64,000 nt of DNA from the NCBI GenBank assembly GCA_902801125.1, contig CADCGT010000001.1, positions 16,637 to 80,636 of the forward strand. Reading direction: 5' to 3'. Positions 29,243 to 39,198 of this stretch are shown piece after piece. The DNA is from an uncultured Pseudomonadota bacterium. GTDB lineage: Bacteria; Pseudomonadota; Alphaproteobacteria; Rs-D84. Under the pieces are notes generated by a model. The model worked only from the letters and a program-made list of their open reading frames with translations. It did not search any database and had not been told where the DNA came from. A program made the position numbers and the translations under genes. Position 1 is the stretch's first letter; each line of letters begins with the position of its first letter.

Positions 29243-29929
29243 TTAAAACAGGTTAAAATCGTTTTTAAATGATTCTTGCATAATTTCATGAACCTCGGCC
29301 CCGGACAGACCAGATTCACGCAAATATAATTCCACCGTTGGTTTTGGTTGAAATATATATGCACCATGTTCGGCGTATTCAGGAACAGATTTTATACCCT
29401 GGACCGGTGTAAGGCGAAATTTTGCACTTTTGTCGGTGGCAAGTGCGCCGATGCGAATATCAGACTTTGCATTTTTTACATTTTGACCGATTTTTGCCAA
29501 GGCGTGTATTTTTGAAAAACTGGCCTTGGTACCAATGATTTTTGTTTGTAATAAAATACCTGTGTCGTCGGCACCGTGTTCGGCCAAAATTTTTACATCC
29601 AAATCAGACGAATTTTTTAACATAATATGACCACGAATTTCAGAATTTTTCCCGGTGTTTTTGATAAAAATGTTCAAAAAAGCCGGGAAATTATTTTCTG
29701 AATTTATTGTCAAAAATACCGGTTGGTTATGCGATGATAAATTTATATTTAATGTATTTTCGCCACGTAATTTTCCGACATATATAATATGTACCGGTAA
29801 ATCAAAACGGCGTGATATTATTTCCATATTGTCCAATGTTGATAATTCTGGGCAATATACCCCATCGCGGTAGACAATTGTTTCCGCGGGAAAAGTTTTT
29901 ATATTGAATTCGTTCCACATGTATGACAT
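29243..29929 (-). CDS. SufD/SufB-like beta-helix protein
   Basis: C-terminal AEHGA...ELYLRESGLSGAEV; start MSYMW inferred. Confidence 0.65.
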   Translation of the reverse strand: MSYMWNEFNIKTFPAETIVYRDGVYCPELSTLDNMEIISRRFDLPVHIIYVGKLRGENTLNINLSSHNQPVFLTINSENNFPAFLNIFIKNTGKNSEIRGHIMLKNSSDLDVKILAEHGADDTGILLQTKIIGTKASFSKIHALAKIGQNVKNAKSDIRIGALATDKSAKFRLTPVQGIKSVPEYAEHGAYIFQPKPTVELYLRESGLSGAEVHEIMQESFKNDFNLF

Positions 29930-29956
29930 ATTACATATATTATAAAGGATTTTATT

Positions 29957-31036
29957 ATGGGTTTCAATTGTGGAATTGTTGGTTTGCCAAATGTAGGAAA
30001 ATCGACACTGTTTAATGCCTTGACGCAAAGTGCCGCGGCGGATGCGCAAAATTATCCGTTTTGTACCATTGAACCGAATACCGGGCGTGTGGTTGTACCG
30101 GATGAAACACTGCATAAATTGGCGGCGGTTGACAATTCGGCCAAGATTATACCGACACAATTGGAAATTGTTGATATTGCGGGACTTGTGCGCGGGGCAT
30201 CGACCGGTGAAGGTTTGGGTAATAAATTTTTGGGTAATATTTTGGAAACCGACGCAATTATTCATGTGGTAAGGTGTTTTGAAAACGATGATATTGTCCA
30301 TGTTGACGGCCGTATAGACCCAATTAGTGATATCGAAACAATCGAAACAGAACTTATGTTGGCGGATTTGGAAAGTTTAGCAAAACAGATTAAAAACCTT
30401 GAAAAAAAAGCACATGGTTTGGACAAAGTTGCTATAAAATTATTGGCCGATGCAAATGTAATCAAAGAAAACCTTGAAAAATCGGTGCCGGCACGGGATT
30501 CGGGTGTTGATACAAAACCGTTTAATTTATTGACCGCAAAACCGGTTATATATGTATGTAATGTGGACGAGGCCGCGGCCGCCAACGGAAACAAATTTTC
30601 ACAAATGGTTGTTGATAAATTTGCTGGTAAAAGTCCGGTTTTAATTATATCCGGAAAAATAGAGATGGAAATTGCGCAAATTATTGACCCGGCGGAACGC
30701 AAAATGTTCTTGGATGATTTAGGGTTGAAACAATCGGGGTTAGAGCAGGTTATCAAGACCGGGTATGAAACATTGGGACTGCAAACATTTTATACTGTTG
30801 GCCCGAAAGAGGCGCACGCCTGGACAATTTTGCGCGGTATGACCGCACCCCAGGCGGCCGGTAAAATTCATACAGATTTTGAACGTGGTTTTATTCGTGC
30901 AGAAGTTATTTCCCCAGATGATTATATAAAATATGGTGGCGAAGTTGCGGTAAAAGAGGCGGGTAAAATGCGCCTTGTTGGACGCGATTATGTTATGCAG
31001 GAAGGCGACATTTGCCATTTCTTGTTTAATAATTAG
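29957..31036 (+). CDS. ychF: Ribosome-binding ATPase YchF
   Basis: GIVGLPNVGKSTLFNALT, NYPFCTIEPN, IHTDFERGFIRAE. Confidence 0.98.
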   Translation: MGFNCGIVGLPNVGKSTLFNALTQSAAADAQNYPFCTIEPNTGRVVVPDETLHKLAAVDNSAKIIPTQLEIVDIAGLVRGASTGEGLGNKFLGNILETDAIIHVVRCFENDDIVHVDGRIDPISDIETIETELMLADLESLAKQIKNLEKKAHGLDKVAIKLLADANVIKENLEKSVPARDSGVDTKPFNLLTAKPVIYVCNVDEAAAANGNKFSQMVVDKFAGKSPVLIISGKIEMEIAQIIDPAERKMFLDDLGLKQSGLEQVIKTGYETLGLQTFYTVGPKEAHAWTILRGMTAPQAAGKIHTDFERGFIRAEVISPDDYIKYGGEVAVKEAGKMRLVGRDYVMQEGDICHFLFNN

Positions 31037-31153
31037 TGGTTAGTGTTAGTGGATAGTGGTTAGTGATTGGTGGCCTCTGGAATAAATTCAGAATTGCAAA
31101 ATTATTCCAGAATCTACTAACCACTAACACTAACCACTAACACTCGTCACTAA
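31033..31153 (+). repeat. Heptamer-armed palindromic element, copy 3 (core 31076-31111)
   Basis: Starts at ychF TAG; nearly identical to copy 2. Confidence 0.95.
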
Positions 31154-31195
31154 TTTGTGATATAATATATACAACAAAATAAAAGAGAATGTAAA

Positions 31196-32671
31196 ATGGC
31201 ACGCAAAAAAGTATTTTGTTGTTCGTATATTCCTGTGACAAAAGATGATGGTGAATGGTTGCCGATTGGCGAATATGATATATTGGATTTGCCATACGAT
31301 ATAATAACCGATAAAACGCCATTACTTATAATCGAAGATGTTGATTTGCGTAAATATCGGCCCAATGTTGGCGATAAAATTCCGTCTTTGGAAAATATTT
31401 TTGTGCGTGGAAATTTTTATTGCTCGAAACATGTCAAGGTTTTTCCAAGTATGGTTGCGGGTGGTGTTTTTGATTGCAGTCATTGTGGCAAAGATTATAT
31501 AGACCAAGATACAAAATTGCCACGGGCAATGAGTAAAATGGATTGTTCTTTTAGTATCATGGGTCTTGATGTTTTAATCGGAAAATTACCAAAACAATTA
31601 AAAATTTTATATGTTGAAAAAAATCTTGTTGATAAAAAAAGTTTATTAAAAGACCCAAAAAAACTGGATGCGGCGCGCCGGTTTGTTTTGCAATATCAGG
31701 ATGTTAGTGTTTTTGATACCGCCGGGCGCGTGAATTTGTGGGATGTTTTATATGATATTGATATGGGGCTTGATGATAAAAAACAAAAAGAATCCGGTGT
31801 AAATATTCCACAACCCAAGGATGTAAATAAATATCCACAAAAAACAGATATAGATATTGATATAAATACACTGGTATCTATGGTTCGTAATAATATTGAT
31901 TTTAATAAATATGAACTTACCGATGATGAAATAAAACGATATATCAAGGCTGTGTTATCAGACCTGCGATTGAATGGTATTACAAAATATTATCGTATGC
32001 GTGGAAATGATATTGTCACATGTATAAATGTTTCTGTATTGGATACGGTTTATCAAGATTTAATAAGTGTCATAGAAGATTCGCAACGCGTCAAAGAGAT
32101 TAAGAAAAATTCAGATACAAAAACAACCAGTGGCGCACAACAACAAATTGTTGTGGCGGAAAAGCCAAAACCAATAAAGATAAAAAAATATATATCTTAT
32201 TCAGATTATAAGAAAATTTGTACTTTTTCAAACGAAGCCGCCGCGATTTCTGTATTTGAAAATATAGATAAAATCAATCTTGACCCGACGGTTGATATAA
32301 ATTATCAAGGTTCAGTCCAGATATTAAAAAACGATAAAGTTGTAATGTTATCATCTGTGAAAAAAGAGGCCGGATGTACCCTTGTTCAACCAATAGACGG
32401 TAATTTTAATAATGACAGAAAACGCGTTGTTTGGACCGTTGGATATGACGCGGATGGTTCGGTGGTAATTGTATGTGTTGGGGTACTTGATAAACATTTT
32501 GAAACCAAAAAAGAATACAATGCATATAAACAATTACTTGATGCCGCAAAAGACAGACGCAAATTTTCAAAACAAGATTTAGAAAAATATCTTGATATAT
32601 CCAGTGTATTAGAGGCAAATAAAAAATTTGTAAAACCCTTTGGCAATCCGGGCGACGCGTATGGAATATAA
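31196..32671 (+). CDS. Hypothetical 491-aa protein
   Basis: Long AT-rich ORF; LRR-like VRGNFYCS/VAGGVFDCS near N terminus. Confidence 0.85.
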   Translation: MARKKVFCCSYIPVTKDDGEWLPIGEYDILDLPYDIITDKTPLLIIEDVDLRKYRPNVGDKIPSLENIFVRGNFYCSKHVKVFPSMVAGGVFDCSHCGKDYIDQDTKLPRAMSKMDCSFSIMGLDVLIGKLPKQLKILYVEKNLVDKKSLLKDPKKLDAARRFVLQYQDVSVFDTAGRVNLWDVLYDIDMGLDDKKQKESGVNIPQPKDVNKYPQKTDIDIDINTLVSMVRNNIDFNKYELTDDEIKRYIKAVLSDLRLNGITKYYRMRGNDIVTCINVSVLDTVYQDLISVIEDSQRVKEIKKNSDTKTTSGAQQQIVVAEKPKPIKIKKYISYSDYKKICTFSNEAAAISVFENIDKINLDPTVDINYQGSVQILKNDKVVMLSSVKKEAGCTLVQPIDGNFNNDRKRVVWTVGYDADGSVVIVCVGVLDKHFETKKEYNAYKQLLDAAKDRRKFSKQDLEKYLDISSVLEANKKFVKPFGNPGDAYGI

Positions 32672-32718
32672 ATAAATTTTTTTATAAAACGGTTGTTATA
32701 TTAAATAAGATTTTTATT

Positions 32719-33888
32719 TTAATCTGCACCAACAAGGTGATATGTTCGCCCGTCGGTATGTTTAAAATTAAACCCACTTGATGCCCCGGGTTTCGAAAAC
32801 ACATAGCATTCTGTGTTGCCAAGTTTTATGTGCATAGATGGATTTCCCGATGGTTCCGGTTCACCAAATACATCATAACTAAGCCCCGTTGAAACCATAA
32901 ACTTTTTACCAAACGAGCAAAGTCGATAACATTGTGCATTGTATGCCGCATAACCCGTAGAGCACGATACATCCGGTTCACAGGAAACACGATTGTTAAA
33001 ATAACTTTCGAACCCGGTTGTATATTTTTTGTAATTTGTTGGGCATGATGTTAGCATGTTTGTTGTATTAGAAAAAATATCGGACATCATATTTGATGCG
33101 GTTGGTGTTGTGTTTATACCAGCAAATAATTCTGGGGGGATAAATCCAGTTAGACCTGAACATCCGGAAAATGTATATCTAAACATTGCTGTTGCTGGAT
33201 TTCCTTTAATTCCTGCAAAAAGTCCACCTGGTATAGAACCTGTAAGTCCACTGCAACCATTAAATGTTGAATAAAACATATCTGTGATAGGTGTTCCTTC
33301 AAGGCCAGAAAATAAATCTTCTGGGATGGAACCAGTTAATTTACTGCATTCATAAAATAAAGACCTGAACATTTCTGCACGTGGTTGTCCAGTTATACCA
33401 TCAAATAATTCCGCCGGAATTTCTCCCCCAAGATTAGAATTTGCGGCAAATGTCGCACGAAAAAGTGGTTGTGAACCATTGGCAAGTGTTGGAAATATTC
33501 GGCCCAATGACCCGGAAATACTATATATAGTTGTCATATCAGCAAAACTTATAGATGCGTTCGTTTCTGCTGTTCCAGTATTGTATCCGGTGGCAAGTCC
33601 ACCAAGTTTTACGGTTTTTCTCCCTGTTGAAGTATAACGATGTGAAATTGTTTGTTGATTTGTTGATGTTGAGTTTATTGTTCCGGTTGACCCATCACCA
33701 TAGTCAATATAAAAGGTTCCAGTTGACGCTAATTTGAATAATGTTGTGTTGTTTCGTGTACTTGTGACATTTACGGTAAATGTGAATTTTGCTTCGAAAT
33801 TATTTTCATCTTCGGCCACAGCGGGCAGGCGGAATAAAATTCCGACGGCAAAAACAACGGCAAAAATTATCCGTTTTAATACCTGCAT
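32719..33888 (-). CDS. Secreted/surface protein with LRR-like repeats
   Basis: Signal peptide; IDYGDG; about four TF.GCSGLTG.IP..LF.GI repeats; Cys-containing C-terminal domain. Confidence 0.85.
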   Translation of the reverse strand: MQVLKRIIFAVVFAVGILFRLPAVAEDENNFEAKFTFTVNVTSTRNNTTLFKLASTGTFYIDYGDGSTGTINSTSTNQQTISHRYTSTGRKTVKLGGLATGYNTGTAETNASISFADMTTIYSISGSLGRIFPTLANGSQPLFRATFAANSNLGGEIPAELFDGITGQPRAEMFRSLFYECSKLTGSIPEDLFSGLEGTPITDMFYSTFNGCSGLTGSIPGGLFAGIKGNPATAMFRYTFSGCSGLTGFIPPELFAGINTTPTASNMMSDIFSNTTNMLTSCPTNYKKYTTGFESYFNNRVSCEPDVSCSTGYAAYNAQCYRLCSFGKKFMVSTGLSYDVFGEPEPSGNPSMHIKLGNTECYVFSKPGASSGFNFKHTDGRTYHLVGAD

Positions 33889-34459
33889 AGACCCCCAATT
33901 TATATAATTTTTATATGAACCAGAAATAAAAAATAACATATTGAAATAACAGTAAAAAATATAATTTTTTTATGTTAAATATTTTATATTCTGTGATACC
34001 TAGCATTCATATATGAAAAAGTCTAGCAAAATAGAAAAAATCAACGCAAGCGTAAAATATATTTATATATAAATATATTTGATTTTTTTGTTTCGGCGGG
34101 GTGGGGGATGGATTTATTTCGCTTTGCTTCATTGGCTGCGGATTTTTGCGCAACGCGCAAACCGGCGCTTTCCAATCGCCTAATCCTTGCACTGAACCAC
34201 CTTTATTCGGTGGTTCAAGAAAATATTGTTTTTAAGGATGGATTTCCCTTGTATGGCGTGATACCGTGCCGATACTGCGGGGAAACCGTGACGATTTGAT
34301 TGCGTTTCACTTATCAAATCTACTTGTTTTCGCTCGACACCTGTTGGTGTCTGCGCGCAAATTTGTAGTTATTCGAACTTCGCGTTGCTTGTTCTCATAT
34401 ACAAATTTTGAACCGGCAACTGCGTTGCGGGTCACAAACCACAGACCACAACAAGATTT

Positions 34460-34493
34460 AAACAAAAAATACACCATGTTGGTGTATTTTTTA
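34460..34493 (-). terminator. Terminator after tRNA-fMet
   Basis: AAAAAATACACCA-ACA-TGGTGTATTTTTT (minus strand). Confidence 0.85.
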
Positions 34494-34500
34494 TTTAAAC

Positions 34501-34577
<77 letters not shown>

Positions 34578-34840
34578 ATGACGGGCGTATTATAGATTAT
34601 AAATTTCATATGTCAAATAAAAATCAATTTTTTTGCGTTTTTTTACATGTTTTTTTTATTAAATTTTTTTATATTTTTTATTTGATTTATACAAATTTTT
34701 ATACTGAAACCCCAATATTTCCGCCGTATAAAGCCATTTTTTATAATTTATATTTTTTATTTATTTTACCCTTGTTTTAATAGTCGATTTTTGGTAAAAT
34801 ATCACAACGAAGGGACATAGTTAGAAGGGACAAACAAATA

Positions 34841-35221
34841 ATGAAATACAAATTTATAGCATTTGCTTTGATGTTTATGCCGATGTGTGCGTTTGCGGTG
34901 GGCGATAATACCGTTACATCAAAGTCTTATGTTGATGCGGAACTTGCAAAAAAACAGAATTTGATTGGTGGTGGAACCGCGGATACGGTGATTACAAATA
35001 CCGGGACGGCCGGGACGGTTGGGTCCAAAGGGGTCTATAAAACAACCACCGCGTACAGTTCGCAAACCGGTTCGTTGATAGAGGCAAACCATGCAAACAG
35101 CGCGATTCAAAATGGCCTTAACGCGCATGTGACATGTGCGGAACCCGTTGGCGGTTCGGCAAGTGAATGTATTTTATGGAGTATAAATCAATTGTCGGGA
35201 ACATATTTACCACAACCGTAA
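34841..35221 (+). CDS. Secreted protein, TSKSYVD family
   Basis: Signal peptide; TSKSYVD..L..KQ..I, TNTGTAG. Confidence 0.85.
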   Translation: MKYKFIAFALMFMPMCAFAVGDNTVTSKSYVDAELAKKQNLIGGGTADTVITNTGTAGTVGSKGVYKTTTAYSSQTGSLIEANHANSAIQNGLNAHVTCAEPVGGSASECILWSINQLSGTYLPQP

Positions 35222-35239
35222 TATAATAGGGCCGGGCGC

Positions 35240-35962
35240 ATGAAAAAGTTTATGGCTTTTTTATTTTTTGTTTTGTTTGTCGGGGGCGCGTTTGCCGCCG
35301 GTGAAAATGTTCCAACCAGTAAATCCTATGTCGATTCAAAATTAGGCGAAAAACAAGATATTATTCCGGCAAATGACGGCGCGGCGCGGGTTTTAACAAA
35401 CACCGGCACCGCGGGCGAATATGGAACCCGGGGGATTTATGATGCAAATGGCGCGTATGCGACGCAACAAAATAACCTTGTTGATGCGGCGAGTATGAAT
35501 GCCGCGGTTCAAAACGCAATAGACAGTGAATTTGAATGCGTGGATGATAATTGTACTTTATTTAGTGTTGATACAAATGCATCAAATGGTGTTTTTTCTG
35601 GGGAAAAATTTACAACAAATAATCAACAAGAAGGTCGTATTTTGTCTGTGGCAAATGCGATAAGTGATAATGTAAATTATAATGTGACAGATTATATATT
35701 TTTAAAGGCCGGTGATTATACAATTACATTTCAAGATACAGCTTCATCTACAGGTCGCATATTTAGAATTTTGCGTTATGATTTAGATAAAAATTTTATA
35801 GATGCGTGGTTGGTTGCATCATCAAAGACCAGTTTGCAAACATTTAATAAGATTCTTGATAGGGATTCTTATGTAAGGGTGGCATACAGAAAAACAGATT
35901 TTAATATTTCTTTGGCGCCAACAGAACCGATTAAAAACAACTATATGCCCGTTGGACAATAA
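35240..35962 (+). CDS. Secreted protein, paralog of upstream gene with inserted domain
   Basis: Same TSKSYVD/TNTGTAG/AVQNA stalk; similar C-terminal YMP motif. Confidence 0.85.
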   Translation: MKKFMAFLFFVLFVGGAFAAGENVPTSKSYVDSKLGEKQDIIPANDGAARVLTNTGTAGEYGTRGIYDANGAYATQQNNLVDAASMNAAVQNAIDSEFECVDDNCTLFSVDTNASNGVFSGEKFTTNNQQEGRILSVANAISDNVNYNVTDYIFLKAGDYTITFQDTASSTGRIFRILRYDLDKNFIDAWLVASSKTSLQTFNKILDRDSYVRVAYRKTDFNISLAPTEPIKNNYMPVGQ

Positions 35963-36013
35963 TCCCATTACATACTTGAAATATGCGAATTTTGTTGTTA
36001 GAATTTAATCACT

Positions 36014-36793
36014 ATGTTTAGAAAATTGTGGAAAAAATTTTGGGAACCGATTTTGGGTTTTTCGGGGTTTCAATGGATAATTGCCGGCATTATGGCCGCA
36101 ATCATTTGGTTTATATACTTTACATGTCGCAAGAAGATTATAAATTACCAAACATTCAAGAAATTTCATAATAAGCCCGCGATTTTTGTGTTCTGGCACG
36201 GGCGCAGTTTGATGCTGTCGCCGATTGTGTGTTTGGGTGGAATGAAATCATATGCCATTGCGTCGCGTCACAAAGATGGTAAAATGATGGCAAAATTACA
36301 ACACTTGTTCGGCCTGCGCGCCATTTACGGCAGTTCGCATAACGGTGGCCTGTCGGTGTTGCGCGAAGGTGTGCGCGTTCTGCGTCGGGGGGATCATTCG
36401 TTGTGCATTTCACCCGATGGGCCGGGGGGACCGTCACTGCGTGTCCAAGAAGGTGCGCTGTATTTCGCAAAAATGACCGGCGCGCCGATTATTCCGGTGT
36501 GCTTTTCCGCGCGACATGTGTGGTTGCAAAATCGGTGGGACCGATATATGTTGGTTTATCCCTTTACCAAAATAAAGTGCGTCGTCGGGGAACCAATGTA
36601 TATAGATTCAAAAATATCGGATGAAGATTTCGAATCAAAACGCGCAAAATTAGAAGATATTATGGTCGGACAACTGCGCGATTTGGATGCGGAATTTAAT
36701 CACTTTGTCGTTGAACAAGACCTTAAGACCGCAGAATTTAAAAAGGCAAAGCGCGAAGGAAACGAACCAAAATTGACCAAAAGGTACAGATAG
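36014..36793 (+). CDS. DUF374/lysophospholipid acyltransferase-family protein
   Basis: FWHGR, SRHKDG, SPDGPGGP, WDR motifs; next to lpxK. Confidence 0.85.
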   Translation: MFRKLWKKFWEPILGFSGFQWIIAGIMAAIIWFIYFTCRKKIINYQTFKKFHNKPAIFVFWHGRSLMLSPIVCLGGMKSYAIASRHKDGKMMAKLQHLFGLRAIYGSSHNGGLSVLREGVRVLRRGDHSLCISPDGPGGPSLRVQEGALYFAKMTGAPIIPVCFSARHVWLQNRWDRYMLVYPFTKIKCVVGEPMYIDSKISDEDFESKRAKLEDIMVGQLRDLDAEFNHFVVEQDLKTAEFKKAKREGNEPKLTKRYR

Positions 36794-36795
36794 AT

Positions 36796-37716
36796 ATGAA
36801 AACACCGTGGTGGTTTTTACATAAAACGCCGTTGGCATTTATCTTGTTGCCGATTGCCGGTGTTTACTATATTTTTTCGCGTATGGTTTATGGTTGGCGT
36901 AAAATGTTCGCGTATCGGTCGCGTCGGAAAATTATCTGTATCGGTGGAATGTTGGCGGGCGGTGTTGGCAAAACGCCAATTGTGCGCGAAATTGCAAATC
37001 GGTTTGATTTGCCCGTCGTTATGCGCGGTTATCGGCGCAGTGCCAAGACCGGAAACATAGGGGACGAGGCCACAATGATGATGAACGACGGTATCGCCGT
37101 GCATGTGGGACACCGGAAAAGCAATATAATGCTGTTAAATCGGCAAAGTGATAATGGGCCGATTTTAATGGATGATGGTTTGCAAAATCCATCAATCAAG
37201 AAAGATATTTCAATTGTTGTAATGGATGAATCTTTGGGGTTTGGAAATGGTTTCTTGTTGCCGGCGGGCCCATTGCGCGAACCGGCAAAACACATTGCCC
37301 GGGCGGACGCGATAATTGTTATTAAAAAAGATAAAAAACGAAAAATGAAGTTGCCAGAAAATGTGCCGGTCTTTTATGCAACAAATAAGAATATTATGCC
37401 GGCCGGACGATACAATCGCGTTGTTGCGTTTGCCGGGATTGGGTATCCGAAAAAATTCTTTCGTGCGGTGCCTAATGTTGTTGCACGGCGCGCGTTTGGT
37501 GACCATTACCAATACACCGATAAAGATATAGAAAGTTTATTCAAATTGGCAACGAAAAAAAACGCAAAGTTGTTGACCACCGAAAAAGACTGGGTTCGGT
37601 TGCCGGAAAATGTGCGCGATAATATTAAATTTGTAAAATTGGAAACGGTTATAGAAGAAAAATTCTTTGATTGGTTAAAGGAGAAATTAAATGTCGACAT
37701 TAAAAAAGACAGTTAA
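36796..37716 (+). CDS. lpxK: Tetraacyldisaccharide 4'-kinase
   Basis: GGVGKTP, RGY, GDEA, DDGLQ, LPAGPLRE, TTEKDWVR. Confidence 0.95.
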   Translation: MKTPWWFLHKTPLAFILLPIAGVYYIFSRMVYGWRKMFAYRSRRKIICIGGMLAGGVGKTPIVREIANRFDLPVVMRGYRRSAKTGNIGDEATMMMNDGIAVHVGHRKSNIMLLNRQSDNGPILMDDGLQNPSIKKDISIVVMDESLGFGNGFLLPAGPLREPAKHIARADAIIVIKKDKKRKMKLPENVPVFYATNKNIMPAGRYNRVVAFAGIGYPKKFFRAVPNVVARRAFGDHYQYTDKDIESLFKLATKKNAKLLTTEKDWVRLPENVRDNIKFVKLETVIEEKFFDWLKEKLNVDIKKDS

Positions 37717-38626
37717 ATTTTCTGGGGTGGGAATTCATTCGGGTGCGCCGGTGCATATGGTTGTGCGGCCGTCTAAAAACCCGGGTATATTTTTTCGGCG
37801 GACCGATTTGGGGTCTGGTTTAATTCCGGCGCGGTTTGATAATGTTGGTGATACAACAATGCGGAATACAACCGTTGGTGATATAAATGCGGCACATGTT
37901 AAAACAATTGAACACTTTATGGCGGCAATGTTTATGAATGGCGTGGACAGCGCCGTTGTTGAAATAGACGGCCCGGAAACACCAATCTTGGACGGCAGTG
38001 CGATTGAATTTTTTAACGCGATTGCAAACGCCGGGGCACATGGCGAAAAACTTAAACGCATTATTGTGCGGCGGCCCGTATATGTCGGGGCACGCGAAGT
38101 TTTGCGGACTTTGCCGTTTATGACGCGGGTAAAGATTTGGTTTATGAATTTGTTGTCCGGCCGGCGGGTTGATGGGTTTGTAAAATTGGCACCATCAGAT
38201 GATGATTCTTTGGAAATAAATGCAACATTGGTGTATCGCGAAAAAATTATTGGGTATCAAAGTTTTTCTTATAAATATAATGGCACAAAAAAATCGGTGA
38301 ACGAATTTGTTAAAAATATTGCGCGCGCGCGGACATTTGGAAAATATTCTGAATGGGAATACCTTAAGAAACACAATATGGCGCGGGGGGCAAACGAAAA
38401 AAATGTTATCGCATTAAATGACGCGGGCGATGGAACATTGAATAAAACTTTTTGGCCCGATGAATTTGTGCGACATAAAATCATAGACGCAATTGGTGAT
38501 ATGTTCACATCTGGGGGATTTGTTGTCGGAAAATTAGAGTCTTATAAGGGAAGTCATGCCATGAATAATATGGTTATTAAAAAACTGTTTAGTAATCCTG
38601 ATAATTATGATATAATAGACGCGTAA
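37691..38626 (+). CDS. lpxC: UDP-3-O-acyl-GlcNAc deacetylase
   Basis: GVGIHSG, TIEHFMAA, PILDGSA, ARARTFG, EFVRHKIIDAIGD. Confidence 0.95.
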   Translation: MSTLKKTVKFSGVGIHSGAPVHMVVRPSKNPGIFFRRTDLGSGLIPARFDNVGDTTMRNTTVGDINAAHVKTIEHFMAAMFMNGVDSAVVEIDGPETPILDGSAIEFFNAIANAGAHGEKLKRIIVRRPVYVGAREVLRTLPFMTRVKIWFMNLLSGRRVDGFVKLAPSDDDSLEINATLVYREKIIGYQSFSYKYNGTKKSVNEFVKNIARARTFGKYSEWEYLKKHNMARGANEKNVIALNDAGDGTLNKTFWPDEFVRHKIIDAIGDMFTSGGFVVGKLESYKGSHAMNNMVIKKLFSNPDNYDIIDA

Positions 38627-38649
38627 ATAAACAAACAAAGGAAAGGAAT

Positions 38650-39081
38650 ATGAAAAAATATTTGGTTATGATTTTGTCGGCGGTCACACTTTGGGGTTGT
38701 GGCGGGTATATCCAGAATGAAAACGGCAGTGAATATATTAAACAATTGGATGGTGAACCAATCGGTTGCACATTTTTGTATAAATTAGAATCCGAGGTTT
38801 CAGTATATGACCAAGATGATGCGCGCCGGTACCTTGAAAATCGTATCGCAGACCAAGCCCGGCCCGGAAATGCGTATTGGATTGTTAGTGAACGCACCCG
38901 TCCAAATGAATGGGTGATATTCGGGCCGGAGCGCGCATTTGTTTTGGCGGCAAATGTGTATGATTGTCCAAATGTTCGGACTGTGCGGACCGCGCGTTCG
39001 GATAAACCGATGCCGGAATATGATATAAAACCATGTCGCGGTGTGTTTAATGGTGTCGATGATGGACGATGCTTTCAATAA
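38650..39081 (+). CDS. Lipoprotein of unknown function
   Basis: Lipobox LWGC. Confidence 0.8.
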   Translation: MKKYLVMILSAVTLWGCGGYIQNENGSEYIKQLDGEPIGCTFLYKLESEVSVYDQDDARRYLENRIADQARPGNAYWIVSERTRPNEWVIFGPERAFVLAANVYDCPNVRTVRTARSDKPMPEYDIKPCRGVFNGVDDGRCFQ

Positions 39082-39107
39082 AAAAACAGGTATAAAATAA
39101 AAAAAAT

Positions 39108-39136
39108 TAAACCGTTATGAAAATAACGGTTTTTTA
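39108..39136 (+). terminator. Intrinsic terminator
   Basis: AAACCGTTAT-GAAA-ATAACGGTTTTTT. Confidence 0.8.
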
Positions 39137-39198
39137 CACTGGAATTGAATGGGCGATTTGTGTTATAATCTGGACACAGGCAGAACGGAAGAGAGAAT

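Noticed and set aside
29930-30301. N-terminal 124 aa of the 352-aa minus-strand ORF
   Set aside because: Antisense shadow of ychF.
34090-34460. tmRNA, RNase P or SRP RNA next to tRNA-fMet
   Set aside because: No ANDN-type tag frame, tmRNA acceptor ends, GAGGAAAGTCC or SRP loop motif found by eye.
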